From Asterias rubens (lineage: Eukaryota), in NCBI RefSeq assembly GCF_902459465.1, contig NC_047082.1, forward strand, positions 9,052,001 through 9,116,000: a stretch of DNA of 64,000 nucleotides, given 5' to 3'. Shown here in pieces: positions 45,401-58,521 of this stretch. Every line of letters starts with the position of its first letter. The stretch's first letter is position 1. The notes below the pieces were generated by a model. That model searched no databases, had not been told where the DNA came from, and saw nothing but the letters and a program-made list of their open reading frames with translations. Made by a program: the position numbers and the translations under genes.

Positions 45401-48400
45401 GTCCTTTGCATTTTATAGAGTGAAGTAAAGCAGTCACAAAAGGGAGGATGACAAGTGCACACTACGCTCAGACCTGTAATAATAATAATAAACCGTTCTT
45501 ATAAAGCGCATTACACATGGAGTCCCAATGCGCTGTACAAAGTCACAAAAAAAAACAGACAAAATTATATAGACTTTTACAAGTGAGTTTTGAGAGGGCG
45601 CTTGAATAAATCCAGAGTTTGTGCGTCTTTGATGTTACGGGGGAGTTTGTTCCAAAGAGTAGGAGAAGACGTAGAAAATGCACGTTGGCCTTAAGACTTA
45701 GTTGAGGCAGATGAACAGGCAAAGAGAGGTTTGCGGTAACGACATGTGAATATTGAGTAGTGTTGGTTTCGAAAAGAACCGGCGGTGGTGAACGCTCAAC
45801 ATTACGTTCAGTATGCTCTGATGTGAACTTCAGGAGAACTTGTAGTGTTGTAATTCTCTTGTGTTACACAGAGTTTGTAAACCGTCTGAATTGTAACATA
45901 TGAGACATTCCTTGTCCAAAGAGGACCCCTGCCTGCAATTCGTTTTTCAGACATTTTCACATTCATCTGAACCTCATCCATGTAAATTGCTCCCAACTAA
46001 TTTCTTTTCTTCTTTTCCCATACAGTTTTGGGACACACGGTCACCCAACCCGATGGCCAATATACAACTCGGTGAACGCTGCTTCTGTGCTGATGTGGTG
46101 AGTCTAAAGCCCTGTTCCCATTGTTGTATCTAGGTATATTTACCAAAGTCTTCGGCTGGAGGGGCGAGTCGTGCACTGTTGCTCCCCGCAGGGATTGAAT
46201 ACACTAAATTATTCGAGGCAAACACTCACGTTGGATTCAGGAACAGACTGACTCGTGGCTTGGTCGCCCTCTACAGCGGCCAAGCCACGATCATGCGTGG
46301 ATGGTTTATTACGTAACCATTAAGATCACTACACCATTGTACACAAAACACAATGGCCACAGATTGACATTAAACTTACACCGTTTGAAGATAATGATAG
46401 TTGAAAGCTTACCTTAAAATATTAATTGATGAGGTGCTGTCATTTTTTAGATGTGAGTAAAACAAAGTCACAAAAATACGGTTTTCTCACTGAGGTGAAA
46501 ATTGTTTTCATGACTTGTTTTACTCGCTTCTCAAAAACAGCACCTCAGAAAGTAATGTTTTAGAGGAAGCTTTCTACTATCATTGTCTTCAAAATGTGCG
46601 AGTTTAATGTAAGTCTGTGGACATTGTGTTTTGTGTCCTACGAAAAGTACATAGACCCTTTAAGGTACCGCAACTTTTCTATAGAATGACAAATTTACTC
46701 AAATGGGGACGTGTTCTAAATTCGAAAGTCAGCAGTTGGCTTGAAGGATGCAAGCTACATGTAACAACCTTGTAATTGCAAGATCTGTAGTCTAACCACT
46801 AGACCACCACGGTGACATACTGAATAATGTCTCCTGCGCATTTTTTTATTTTTCCTTCTTCTAGGTTTATCCAATGGCTGTGGTCGGACTCGCAGGCAAG
46901 AAGATCAATATTTACAGATTGGAGAGTGGGCCTCAAGAATACAAAGTTAACCAAGACTCGCCTCTCAAATTCCAGGTAGGTAATAAGTTTTAAAAATTTA
47001 GCATCAGTGCACACCCAACTTCCTGGGGGCCAAGTTAAATGCACAGTTTACTAGCATGGGCCCAATTTCATGGAGCTGCTTAAGCAGAAAAATATTGCTT
47101 ACCAATTTTCTGGTACATAAAATTCACCAGTAACATTTTTTACTTGAGACATGTTAGTTTGGCTAGTAGCCTTATTCCATTAAGAGTCCCTTCCTGTAAG
47201 AATGTACCAAATTAGGGGGGGGGGGGGGGTGTGATTCATGGGTTCGCAGATCTTCTTCCAAAAAATTTGAGTGATAGACCATCATACCAAACGAATAAAT
47301 CCAAAATTTTAGTTTGCTGACGCTTTCGGTTTTGGAGTTACCAGTTATCAAAGTTTAGGCCAAAAAGCCCTCAAGAAACGAATAGTACATTCCCTGTAAA
47401 CACAAAAATGTGCGCCAAGGTCATCCCAGAAAGAGTAAAACATTTTTTGAAACCTCCAGTTGGGCTTATAACAAAAGTAAAAAAAAAAAATTGGGATCTC
47501 GTTGGCGCGTCATGTTACGCGCACCTGAACCTTTGACGAACAGTGCCCTCGTGCCATTTTCAACGCCTCATAACTCAACGCACCTATAGGATCCCATGAA
47601 TTGAACAAGTTCAAATGAAAGAGCTTGCATCCCTAAAACAAATTTAAGTGCAAAGTGAATGGGATCTCGTTGGCGCAGAGAGATAGGAGAGGTCAAAGTT
47701 AAAATTTTACCAATGTATTGCGTTTTCGCACCTCCGTAACTTCGCGCGTCAACAACAAAATTTTTTTTTTATGGCAACTGGGTATTGGAACAGTTTTCAT
47801 CTAATGACAAATGAAAAAAGAATCTTGGGATCTCTGCAACTTGCATGTCAAAAGATTTTTTGAAAATTTTCTAAAGTATTGTCATTCCACACATTTTGGC
47901 CTAAATTGGCACAACATTCACTTTTTTCATCACTGTAAGTATCTGTGCCAACAAGATCTCATCAATGTTTTCTTGTATTTGGTTAAGTTGAGTGTTCCTA
48001 AACAGATTTCAATTGAAAAATAATTGGGATCATGTTGGCCCACCAATATAACAAAGGTCAAAGGTCAAAGGTCATATGAAACTACACTACTGCCTATTTC
48101 GGGCGATTTTGCGTCGTCTAGAAATCCACGCGCCAATATGATCCCATTGAGTTGTCTGCGTTTTATGATTATATAGATTCTCAGCAACACATAAAAAGCA
48201 AAAACCAAATGGTATTTGAGTGGCGCTAACTAATAATATTATTACAGATCAAAAGTTCACAATACATGCCTATACTTTGCATTGCTGTGGCAACCGAAAG
48301 TGAGAAATCTCCCCCAATTTCAAAATGTTGGCAAACCATGAAGGGGATAGGTCTCCAAAATGAATTTTGGTCAAGATATAGACTGGACTTGTTTTTACAA

Positions 48401-51400
48401 ATGGTGTTAGTTTAATGTTGGTTGGTAACTGTTGCCAAGGTCAAAGGTTACAAAGAATATGTGTGTTTTTATATTTCTGTCACAAGAGCCAACTTCAGAG
48501 CCTTTTGAAGATTTTATTTAAAGAACAAGGGCTCTATCATTTCAGTTTGGGACAGCCACTTATAATATCTAGGCACATATGGTTGTCCCAAATTAATTAT
48601 AGAGCCCTTCCTATTTGATAAAATGTTGACAGGGCTTCGAAGTTGCTTCTTGACAGAAAATGTATTTAATACAAAACACCAATATTTTCTGTGGAGAGCC
48701 AACTTCAAAGCCATGTCATCATTTTATCAAATGAACAATTATAATTAATTTGGGACAATCACATGTGCCTAGATATTATAAGTGGTTTTCCCCAACATAA
48801 AGGATAGAGCCCTTGTTCATTAAATAAAATCTTGAAAAGGCTCTGAAGTTGGCTCTTGACAGAAAATATCAAAAACACCCATATTCTTTGTAACCTTTGA
48901 CCTTGGCAACAGTTACCAACCAACATTAAACTAACACCATTTGTAAAAAACAGTCTATATCTTGACCAAAATTTATTTTGGAGACCTATCCCCTTCATGG
49001 TTTGCCAACATTTTGAAATTGGGGATATTTCTCACTTTCGGTTGCCACAGCAATGCATAGTACAATGTGTATAGGCATGTATTGTGAACTTTTGATCTGT
49101 AATATTTGTTAGCGCCACTCAAATCCCATTTGGTTTTGCTTTTTATGTGTTGCTGAGAATCTATATAATCATAAAACGCAGACAACTCAATGGGATCATA
49201 TTGGCGCGTGGATTTCTAGACGACGCAAAATCGCCCGAAATAGGCAGTAGTGTAGTTTCATATGACCTTTGACCTTTGTTATATTGGTGGGCCAACATGA
49301 TCCCAATTATTTTTCAATTGAAATCTGTTTAGGAACACTCAACTTAACCAAATACAAGAAAACATTGATGAGATCTTGTTGGCACAGATACTTACAGTGA
49401 TGAAAAAAGTGAATGTTGTGCCAATTTAGGCCAAAATGTGTGGAATGACAATACTTTAGAAAATTTTCAAAAAATCTTTTGACATGCAAGTTGCAGAGAT
49501 CCCAAGATTCTTTTTTCATTTGTCAGTAGATGAAAACTGTTCCAATACCCAGTTGCCATAAAAAAAAAATTTTGTTGTTGGCGCGCGAAGTTACGGAGGT
49601 GCGAAAACGCAATATATTGGTAAAATTTGAACTTTGACCTCTATTATCTCTCTGCGCCAACGAGATCCCACTCACTTTGTACTTAAATTTGTTTTAGGGA
49701 TGCAAGCTCTTTCATTTGAACTTGTTTAATTCATGGGATCTTATAGGCGCGCTGAGTTATGAGGCGTTGAAAATGGCACGAAGGCACTGTTCGTCAAAGG
49801 TTCAGGTGTGCGTAACATGATGCGCCAACGAGATCCCAATTTTTTTTGTTTACTTTTGTTATGAGCCCAACTGGAGGTTTCAAAAAATGTTTTACTTTTG
49901 TTGGGATGACCTTGGCGCACATTTTTGTGTTTACAGGGAATGTACTATTCGTTTCTCGAGGGCTTTTAGGCCGAAACTTTGATAACTGGTAACTCCAAAA
50001 CCAAAAGTGTCAACAACTAAAATTTTGGATTTGTTCGTTTGGTATGATGATGTTCACTCTAATTTTTTAGAAGAAGATCTGAGAACCCATGAATCACCGC
50101 TTGGTACACTCTTACAGGCAGGGACTCTTAAGCATACCAAGTGACCAAAGAAAAGTGGTCCCTCCATGTCGTGTGTGATGCCGGCCACCTAGCGTCCCAA
50201 AGTCCCGTATTGTCGGTACTAACTTAAAGGCAGTGGACTCTATTGGTAATTGTGAAAGACTAGCCTTCACAGTTTGTGTATCTCAACATGCCTAAAATAT
50301 CAAACCTGTGAAAATTTGAGCTCAATCGGTCATCGAACTTGCGAGATAATAATGAAAGAACAAATACCCTTGTCACACGAAGTTGTGTGCGTTTAGATAG
50401 TTGATTTCGAGACCTCAAGTTCTAAACTTGAGGTCTCGAAATCAAATTTGTGGAAAATTACTTCTTTCTCGAAAACTATGGCACTACAGAGGGAGTCGTT
50501 TCTCACAATGTTTTATACCATCAACCTCTCCCCATTACTCGTCACCAAGAAAGGTTTTATGCTAATAATTATTTTGAGTAATTACCAATAGTGTCCAGTG
50601 CCTTTAACAAAAACCAACATATTATGACTCTATTAAGAATGTATTTGACAAACAATATTACATGAAATAAATTGTAAACAAATGTAGATAAAGATCATTT
50701 GACTGTCTTGATTTATTGTTGAAGACACTAGACACCTTTGTAATTGATGAAGACCAGTCTCACTTGGTGTATCTCAACATATACATAAAATAACAAACCT
50801 GTGAAAATTTGAGCTCAATCGGTCGTCGAAGTTTCGAGATAATAATGGAAGAAAAAAACACCCTTGTAACACGAAGTTGTGTGCTTTCAGATGCTTGATT
50901 TTGGAACCTCAAAATCTAACTCTGAGGTCTCGAAATCAAATTCTCGAAAACTACGTTACTTCAGAGGAAGTCGTTTCTCACAATGTTTTTTACTATCAAC
51001 AGCTCTCCATTACTCGTTACCAGTAAGGTTTTATGCTAAAAATTATAGTGTCCACTGCCTTTAATTAAAATATTTTTGATTGATATACCTTCAACAAGTG
51101 AAGTATCGGCCTATTTACCTGAAAATTTACAGGATAATTGTGACGTTGTTTACCCGCTGCTGTTGCCTAGAAACGAATTTGTTTTTGTCTTATAGTGTGC
51201 TTTTAACCATGTATTTGATTTAATTAAAAAACTAGCATGGTTCCTAGTTAACTCAGTATACAATCTGCTGGAGAAACGAAGCAACTTGTTGTGTGGTAGA
51301 AGGGAATAATAGGCCTACTTCAAGGGCAAATTTAATCAACCCTGGACACGACTTGCGTTGTTTGTCCGCTGCTGTTGCCTAGCAATGTGTTTTTACTTTA

Positions 51401-54400
51401 AAGTGTGCATTTCACCATAAGGTCCCTTCATCGGAACTTCTGCTGAAGAAACGGAGATAACTAAATTGCCTGCGTGGTAAGCGAAGCGCAAAATTCCTTT
51501 GTGATGGGGAATAATTAAATTTGACTGCTAATTCAAGAGCATTTTAAAGGCAATGGACACTATCGGTAATGACTCAAAATAATTATTATTATCAAACCTT
51601 ACTTGGTAACGAGTATTGGGGAGAGGTTGATGGTATAAAACATTGTGAGAAATGGCTCCCTCTGAAGTGACTTAGTTTTCGAGAAAGAAGTCATTTTCCA
51701 CGAATTTGATTTCGAGACCTCAAGTTAAGAATTTGAGGTCTCGAAATCAAGCATCTGAAAGCACACAACTTCGTGTGACAAGGGTGTTTTTTCTTTCATA
51801 GTTTATCTCGCAACTTCGACGACCGATTGAGATCAAATTTTCAAAGGTTTGTTATGTTATGCATATGTTGAGATACACCAAGTAAGAAGACTGGTCTTTG
51901 ACAAATACCAACAGTGTCTTTAAATGGCGCCGTTTATGTTTCATTAACTAGTGGTTACCAGTGCATTGCCATAACTTGCCACTGAGTCTTCCAGGACAAA
52001 AAGTAAATTATCTAACCCCTACTTTTTCTGTTTTGTGGATAAAGGCTAATCTGTATTAACATCAGTTGCAAAAAGAGGTCCAAGCTGCGTCTAGAAAAAA
52101 AGGTCAAAGCTTTGAAACTTGTAAAAAGAACAACAGAAAAGAATAGTTGAACATGCAAAGTTTAGAGGGTGGAGTGAAAAGTAAGAAATTCGACATTCCT
52201 AGTCCAATCTGATCTAGTTCAAGTGGATACCGTACTGTTTGGATATTGCTCTGTGACGTACCAAACCACCTCAGAGCCAACACTAGAGATTTGGTGGTAC
52301 ACGCAAGTTTTTTTAAATTGATTGTAGGGATCGGTCGTTTTTAAGAGTTTCCCCCATCGCCCTTTTTGCTTTTTTTGTTCTGCTCAGCTACTTTTTTTTC
52401 TATGAAATTAGAACACTGTAGGATACTTTATAACAGCTTAATATTAAACGCAAGAGTATGCATCCGCACAGAAGATGATAGATTTTTTAAACAGTATGCG
52501 ATTTTTAGAGCCATTGGACACTTTTGGTAAACAGTATTGTCCAAGGCCCACACTTCGTGTATCACAACTTCTGTATAAAATAACAAACCTGTGAAAATTT
52601 AGGCTCAATCGGTCGTCTGAGTCGGGAGAAAATAACGGGAAAACACACCCTTGTTTCCGCATGTTTCCTCGTGTCATGACATGTGTTCAAAATAAATTTG
52701 TAATTCTCGCTATCGAGAATTGATATTGTTTTAATGTTTTCTCAAAAAGTAAAGCATTTCATGGAATAATATTTCAAGAGAAGTCTTTCACCATTATCTT
52801 CTGTAAACCCTGTAAGTTATTTGTCAATCTGTGAACTTTTTTGTTTTTTTCTGTACCGAAAGTGTATAATGGCTTTAAGTTAATGTACTGATTCTGATTT
52901 TGGGATTTTGATTTAAATTTTGATTTCAGCATCGTTGTGTCGCCATATTCCAAGATTCCAAAAAGACCAACCCAGCTGGCTATGCACTCGGCAGCATAGA
53001 GGGCCGATGTGCTATACAGTTTGAGCCTGTCACAAACCCGTAAGTAGTCACTCCAACAATATTGTATGCATTGGTTGTGATCATTTAAGGCCGAGTCATA
53101 GTCGGTCGCGCGATGGTCGGGCGATGGAAATCTTTACGCGCTATCCTAAAAAAGACACAGTTTTTAGGCCTCAGCGATGACTTTAAACTGTGTTTCTTAA
53201 GTTCGTCGTAAAGATTTCCATCACGCAACCACCGCAGGACCGACTATAACCAGCCTTTAGAATGTGTTATTCTGTTTAGACCATGCAAGTCTACGTATTC
53301 AACAGTTTTAGGGACGACTTTGGTCCCATGTACAACGCATGAAGGAAACAGCACATACTTGATTTTGATAATTTTGTTATGCTTCTACATGTTCTAGGAA
53401 AGACAACTTCACATTCAAGTGTCATCGCTCAAATGGTGCTGCTAGTTATTCGTATCAAGACATCTACGCAGTAAGTTCAAGATCGTGTCATACTCTACTT
53501 TAAAAGCTGTCAAATCTTCTTCGGCGGTAATGCTTCTCAGATTCAAATATTGGTGCATTAAAGCTGATTTATTTTTTACAAAACCCCATTACTTCAAAGT
53601 GAATCGTTTTTCAAAATGTTTTATACTATCGGAAGCTGCTCTAAGCTTTTACCCAAAAGTCTTTATTGTCATTCATTTTAAAGACACTGGACACTATTGG
53701 TAATTGCTGTATCTCAACATTATGCATAAAATTACAATCCTGTGAAAATTTGAGCTCAATTGGTCGTCGAAGTTGCGAGATAATAATGAAAGAAAAAACA
53801 CCCTTGTCACACGAAGTAGTGTGCATTTAGATGGTTGATTTAGAGGCCTCAAATTCTAAATCTGAGGTCTTGAAGTCAAATTCGCGGAAAATTACTTCTT
53901 TCTCGAAAACTGCATCACTTCAGAGGGAGCCGTTTCTCACAATGTTTTATACTATCATCCTCCCCCCATTACTCGTACCAAGTAAGGTTTTATGCTAATA
54001 TTTATTTTGAGTAATTACCAATAGTGTCCACTGCCTTTAAGAAACACATTATTTGACTTGGTTTGGTGCCCAATCACCATAGAAGTGAATTAACCGAACA
54101 GGAGATGATCAAATTCAAATGGTCCTCATTGTGATTTGAACCCAAGACCTTAGACATTCCCGGCAGATGTTCTACCAACTGATCTATGAGGCACAGGTTT
54201 TCCTCAAGAACCACATTTTAAAGGGATACGTTTGCCAAAATTTAAATTCCACAAAATGGCGACCATGTTTGTTTGCGACATAAAGGGAAAACCGTGCAAT
54301 TTCGAGGCATGTTTGTGTGGATCATTATGTTCTACTTTTAAGTTATGTATCTAACCATATGCACTTCATAACAAACGCTTTTCAAAGACCAACTCGCTCG

Positions 54401-55270
54401 ATCCAAGGCAACGTGTTCCTTTAAGAGTGATTACCAAAATAATACCTTCCCTTTACAACGTGATTCCAGGTGAACTCTATAGCATTCCACCCTGAGCATG
54501 GTACGCTGGCAACGGCAGGCTCCAACGGTAAGTTCAGCTTCTGGGACAAAGATGCTCGGACCAAGCTGAAGACGTCTGAAGAGATGGAGAACCCTATCAC
54601 GGCGTGTAAGTTTGATGCTAAGGGCAATATATTCGCCTACGCCGTCAGCTACGACTGGTCAAAGGTAAGTGTATGTGAGATACAAATTATTCAGTGCAAC
54701 AAGGCACTGTATAATCCCCAGGGAGCTGAGATTGTTTAAAGCCATTATACACTTTTGGAACGGGAAAAAAAAAGAGTTCACAGATTTACAAATAACTTAA
54801 AGGGTTTACAGAAGGTAATGGTAAAAGACTATATTATTCCATGAAGTGCTTTACTTTTTGAGAAAACATTAAAACAACTATCAATTCTCGACATCGAGAA
54901 TTACGGATTTATAGTAAACACATGTCATGACACGGCGGAACTTGCGAAAACAAGGTAGGGTTGTCCCATTATTTTCTCCCGACCCTGAATGACCGATTGA
55001 GCCTAACTTTTCACAGATTTTTTAATTATTTTATATATAACTTGTGATACACGAAGTGTGGGCCTTGGACAATACTGTTTACCAAAAGCTTTAAGGAATG
55101 ATCTAAGGCCCCCAGAAAAAAATCACAGGATTACTACTGTACTCGGGTTACTTAACTTTGTTCCTTTTTTTTTTTAGGGTCATGAATTCTACAATCCTCA
55201 GAAGAAGAACTACATCTTCCTCAGAGGGAACGCCATGGAGGAATTACGGCCAAGAAATAGGAAGAGATAA
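42459..55270 (+). CDS. RAE1: mRNA export factor RAE1/Gle2 (WD40)
   Basis: Exons 42459-42662 ([23 protein letters not shown]...AGSWDNN), 42868-42960, 44268-44354, 44847-44933 (HDAPIK...TGSWDKTLK), 46026-46097 (FWDTRSPNP), 46865-46975 (SPLKFQ), 52930-53039 (HRC...GSIEGR), 53398-53470 ([10 protein letters not shown]), 54470-54664 ([13 protein letters not shown]...[10 protein letters not shown]) and 55178-55270 (GHEFYNP). Confidence 0.97.
44029..44166. mobile_element. ~140-bp palindromic MITE with CTCF-like motifs in its arms; full copy 56397-56540, arm fragment ~50183-50208
   Basis: gagacttt...gcgctaggtggcagcaga...aacaatgg...gtctgct(g/a)ccacctagc...aaagtc(c/t)c; the arms are inverted. Confidence 0.75.
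47184..50127. mobile_element. 2.94-kb foldback DNA element (arms ~1.4 kb, ~140-bp spacer) with TTAA target duplication, in RAE1 intron 6
   Basis: ttaa-gagtcccttcctgtaag ... cttacaggcagggactc-ttaa. Arms ~47184-48600 and ~48739-50127. The ORF track shows the identical 70-aa spurious ORF at 47811-48023(+) and 49307-49519(-). Confidence 0.93.
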
Positions 55271-56946
55271 AACGAAATCATGGAGACTTCAAGTCGGTTC
55301 TTCAACAAATTTGTCTTTTAAATGTTTATATTTTTCTTCCATTAGACTGTTCCTTATTACAACTATGGGCTGTTCATGAAAACAACAGTCTGAGAAGCTT
55401 GTTGACATTCATGTTTATTGTCTACGCCCTCTATGTCGGCTTTTGGTAATTCGAGTAATACCAAATGTAGACGGGTGAAGTGCATTGTCATCCATGTCCT
55501 ACGCCCTCTATGTCAGCTTTTGGCAATGCGAAGACGGGTGAATTTGCAAAAATGGGAGCAGTCGAATATCTGGAGAGCTGAAGCTTGCCAGTCAGCTAGA
55601 AAGTCACACAAAAGCTTCTCTTTGACCCACTGGTCTTGCCAAGGACTGCTGAGATGGGCTGATGAACATGCTACATTTCACCTTCAAGGGATGACTTGGT
55701 AACGAGCATTGGAGAGCTGTTGGTAGTATAAGACATTGTGGGAAACAACTCCCTCTGAAGTAATGTAGTTTTTTGAGAAAGAGGTAATTTCTCATTTAAA
55801 TAATAAAAGACTTCGAGCTCGAAGTCTTTTATTTCTATCTGAAAGCACACAAATTCGTCCAACAAGGTTTTTTTTTTTTCATCATTTTCTCGCAACTTCG
55901 ATGACCGATTGAGCCCAAATTTTCACAGGCTTGTTATTTTATGCTTTATGATAGGATACACAAAGTGAGAAGACTGGTCTTTGACAGTTACAAAACGTAC
56001 CTTCCCTTTAAACTATTGGTCACATGACAAAAGAACACCCCAAACCAACAAATTTATTGTGCCGTATGAAGGAACCCGATTTCCAAAACTGATTGTGATT
56101 GTCAGTATACTAAAAAAAAAGGCCATGTTAATTTGTTGCACTTGTATAGTAAGTTTAATTCATAACGAAGCATTTCTATTATTCAGAAGGAATGAATGCA
56201 TGTACAGTTTGTATGAGTTAAACAATCAAATGTCATTATCAACAAAAGGTTATTCATGTATTTAATGGCTATTGTGTAGTTATAAATAATTTGAAGGTGT
56301 TGTTGCTGGGCATTTCTGTGTCGTATGTTTTTACTGCACTGATGGAAATAAGGTAGACTTACACACAGGCATTGAACACCTGGCACCCACTGCAATTAGA
56401 GACTTTCTGGGACGATAGAGGGCAGCAGACTTACCGGGTAAATCCATTGTTCTCAGAATTATGCGCATGTTCAGAACTACGTAAACAATGGAAATTTACC
56501 CGGTATGTCTGCTGCCACCTAGCGTTGGAAAGTCTCCTATTGCTGTGGTGCCCTGTTATGTTGCTTTGGTGCCCTCTGAAAAGTTCAAATACAAAGTTAC
56601 AAGTTGCTTTTAATGGCCTTGATAAAGAGTTTACTTTTCATGAAGTTGCAGCCTTCATGTTTTCCCCCATTAATGGGACGTTCAAATGTTGTATATTATG
56701 TGGTTTATAAACAGATGGTCGTCATTAAATAATGAAAGAAAGACATTAAAATCTGAAATGTACTACTTCTTCAAAATGTTTTTTTTGTTTTTGTTGGTGT
56801 ACCCATATGTTTGTTAGCACTGTACACTCAAAATGTTCCATCCAGGTCGAGAGTTATTCAGAAACCCTAGAACTCTTTTTAATTCTTTATCGACGAAAAT
56901 TATAAACCGTTTCCCGCGAGAACTGGTTCCTTTATGAAGAATGGAA

Positions 56947-57021
56947 GTCAACCCTTGCAGAGGCTTTCTCGAAGGCTAAATGACAACGAGAAAGACTCTG
57001 CTAGGGTCGAAACGTCAGGCC
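56947..57021. mobile_element. Inverted pair of atypical hammerhead-like motifs (second Penelope-type family); similar pair 44594-44723, single copy 19080-19112
   Basis: cgagaaa-gactc-tgcta-gggtc-GAAAC-GTC-aggcc on plus, with a mirrored degenerate copy on minus. Confidence 0.5.
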
Positions 57022-58521
57022 ATTAACAATTTGTTGCATTTATACTCTTGGTCCATTTGGTTGGTAAGTTGTTTGCAACAGCTAATTCTATTTTCTCAAG
57101 AATGGAAGTCGACAAAGTGGCGCCCTCTGCCCCAAAGAAAATACCAGTCGGATAAATGAACTGTTGTGTACAGAATATGACTAATAAAAATTGTCTTCGC
57201 ATCGTCAACAATATGTCTTCGCATCGTCTTAAAAACAGCCTTCCCTTGAAAAGGGGGACAAGGTCACGACATAGAGAAAACTACCAAACATCACTGAATT
57301 CTAAACTAGCAAGGTAACATTGGCGCCATAAAATTTCTCCTTGGCTTAAAAAATGATTAAATTAAACTCCTTTTTAAAAAGGAAATGGTGGCACCTTGGT
57401 GACGGGAGTTGTGTGTTTACATAGCGATAGGTGAGAAGTAGGCCACGGTCAAACAGGGTACACGACGTCTTCAAACTAATTACTATTTTGAATGGACTCA
57501 AATGATGCTAATTAAAGGACACGTGAAAACAAACAGTTCACTCTAGCTGAAGAAATGTATTTTTTTGTGAGCATAAATGTACCCCTTTAAAAAAAAAATA
57601 AAAATGTTTGTATATAAAAATTTTTACTTTTTAAGATTCCTTACGAAACGCGACCCGCCCCCCCTCAAATCTGGGCATAATTTGCATAAACATGAGCAAA
57701 GTTGTGACGTCAGGTCTGGGCCTTGGCGACGAGTCGATCGCGCTGCCTCACACACATTCTATATTAAATAAACGTTGTAAAGAAATCAAATATCACAATT
57801 CATTATTTTGTGCAAATAATTATATTTTAATTTACATTTTACGTGTGAAATGTGCAACTAACTTTACAAGTGTCAGTTTTTTCAAATACAGCAGACCTAG
57901 ATGAGGGGCCTTTTTGACACGGGTTTCTTATAAAAATGGGCTCATATTCATAGAGCTTATTGAGCAGAAATAATATTGCTTGACATTTTTTTTTTAGCAG
58001 AATCAATCACTGATTGAACGTGATGTGACATGGTGTTCTGGCTGGTCACCCTGTGCTGGGTAATCTGGTTATTTTTGTGCTTCATGAATCTACTTTGCTA
58101 TTTTCATCAAATGAATCAGTTTCATGGTACGTTTAGCGGTATAGTAATGGCTGATCGGTCTCAATCATCCACCGGTATGTCAGTTCATGTATGTGGTGGA
58201 TAAGTGCTTACACTGCCAGCAACTGTTTTGTTAACAAAACAAATAATTATGGAATGTTCCTACAAAAAAGACCGAGTGTTGAAACATTATACAGACTAAT
58301 ATGGCTATTTTAAAATTTTTATATTTACATTGCTACACCAGTCAATACGAATTAACATTTAACGTTTTTTTTTTCTTTTCTTTTTTTTCTTTTTTTCTTT
58401 TTCTTTTTTTTTTCCTCATTTTTGTTATAGATAATATGAACAGCAGCTTAAATTCCTAACTCCTAACAATAAACAGACTAATATGGCTGTTTTAAAGTAT
58501 ATATATTTACATAATTAACAA

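Noticed and set aside
47215-47229. G15 run as a functional G-quadruplex
   Set aside because: It is present in only one arm of the foldback element, so it is likely a homopolymer expansion or sequencing noise.
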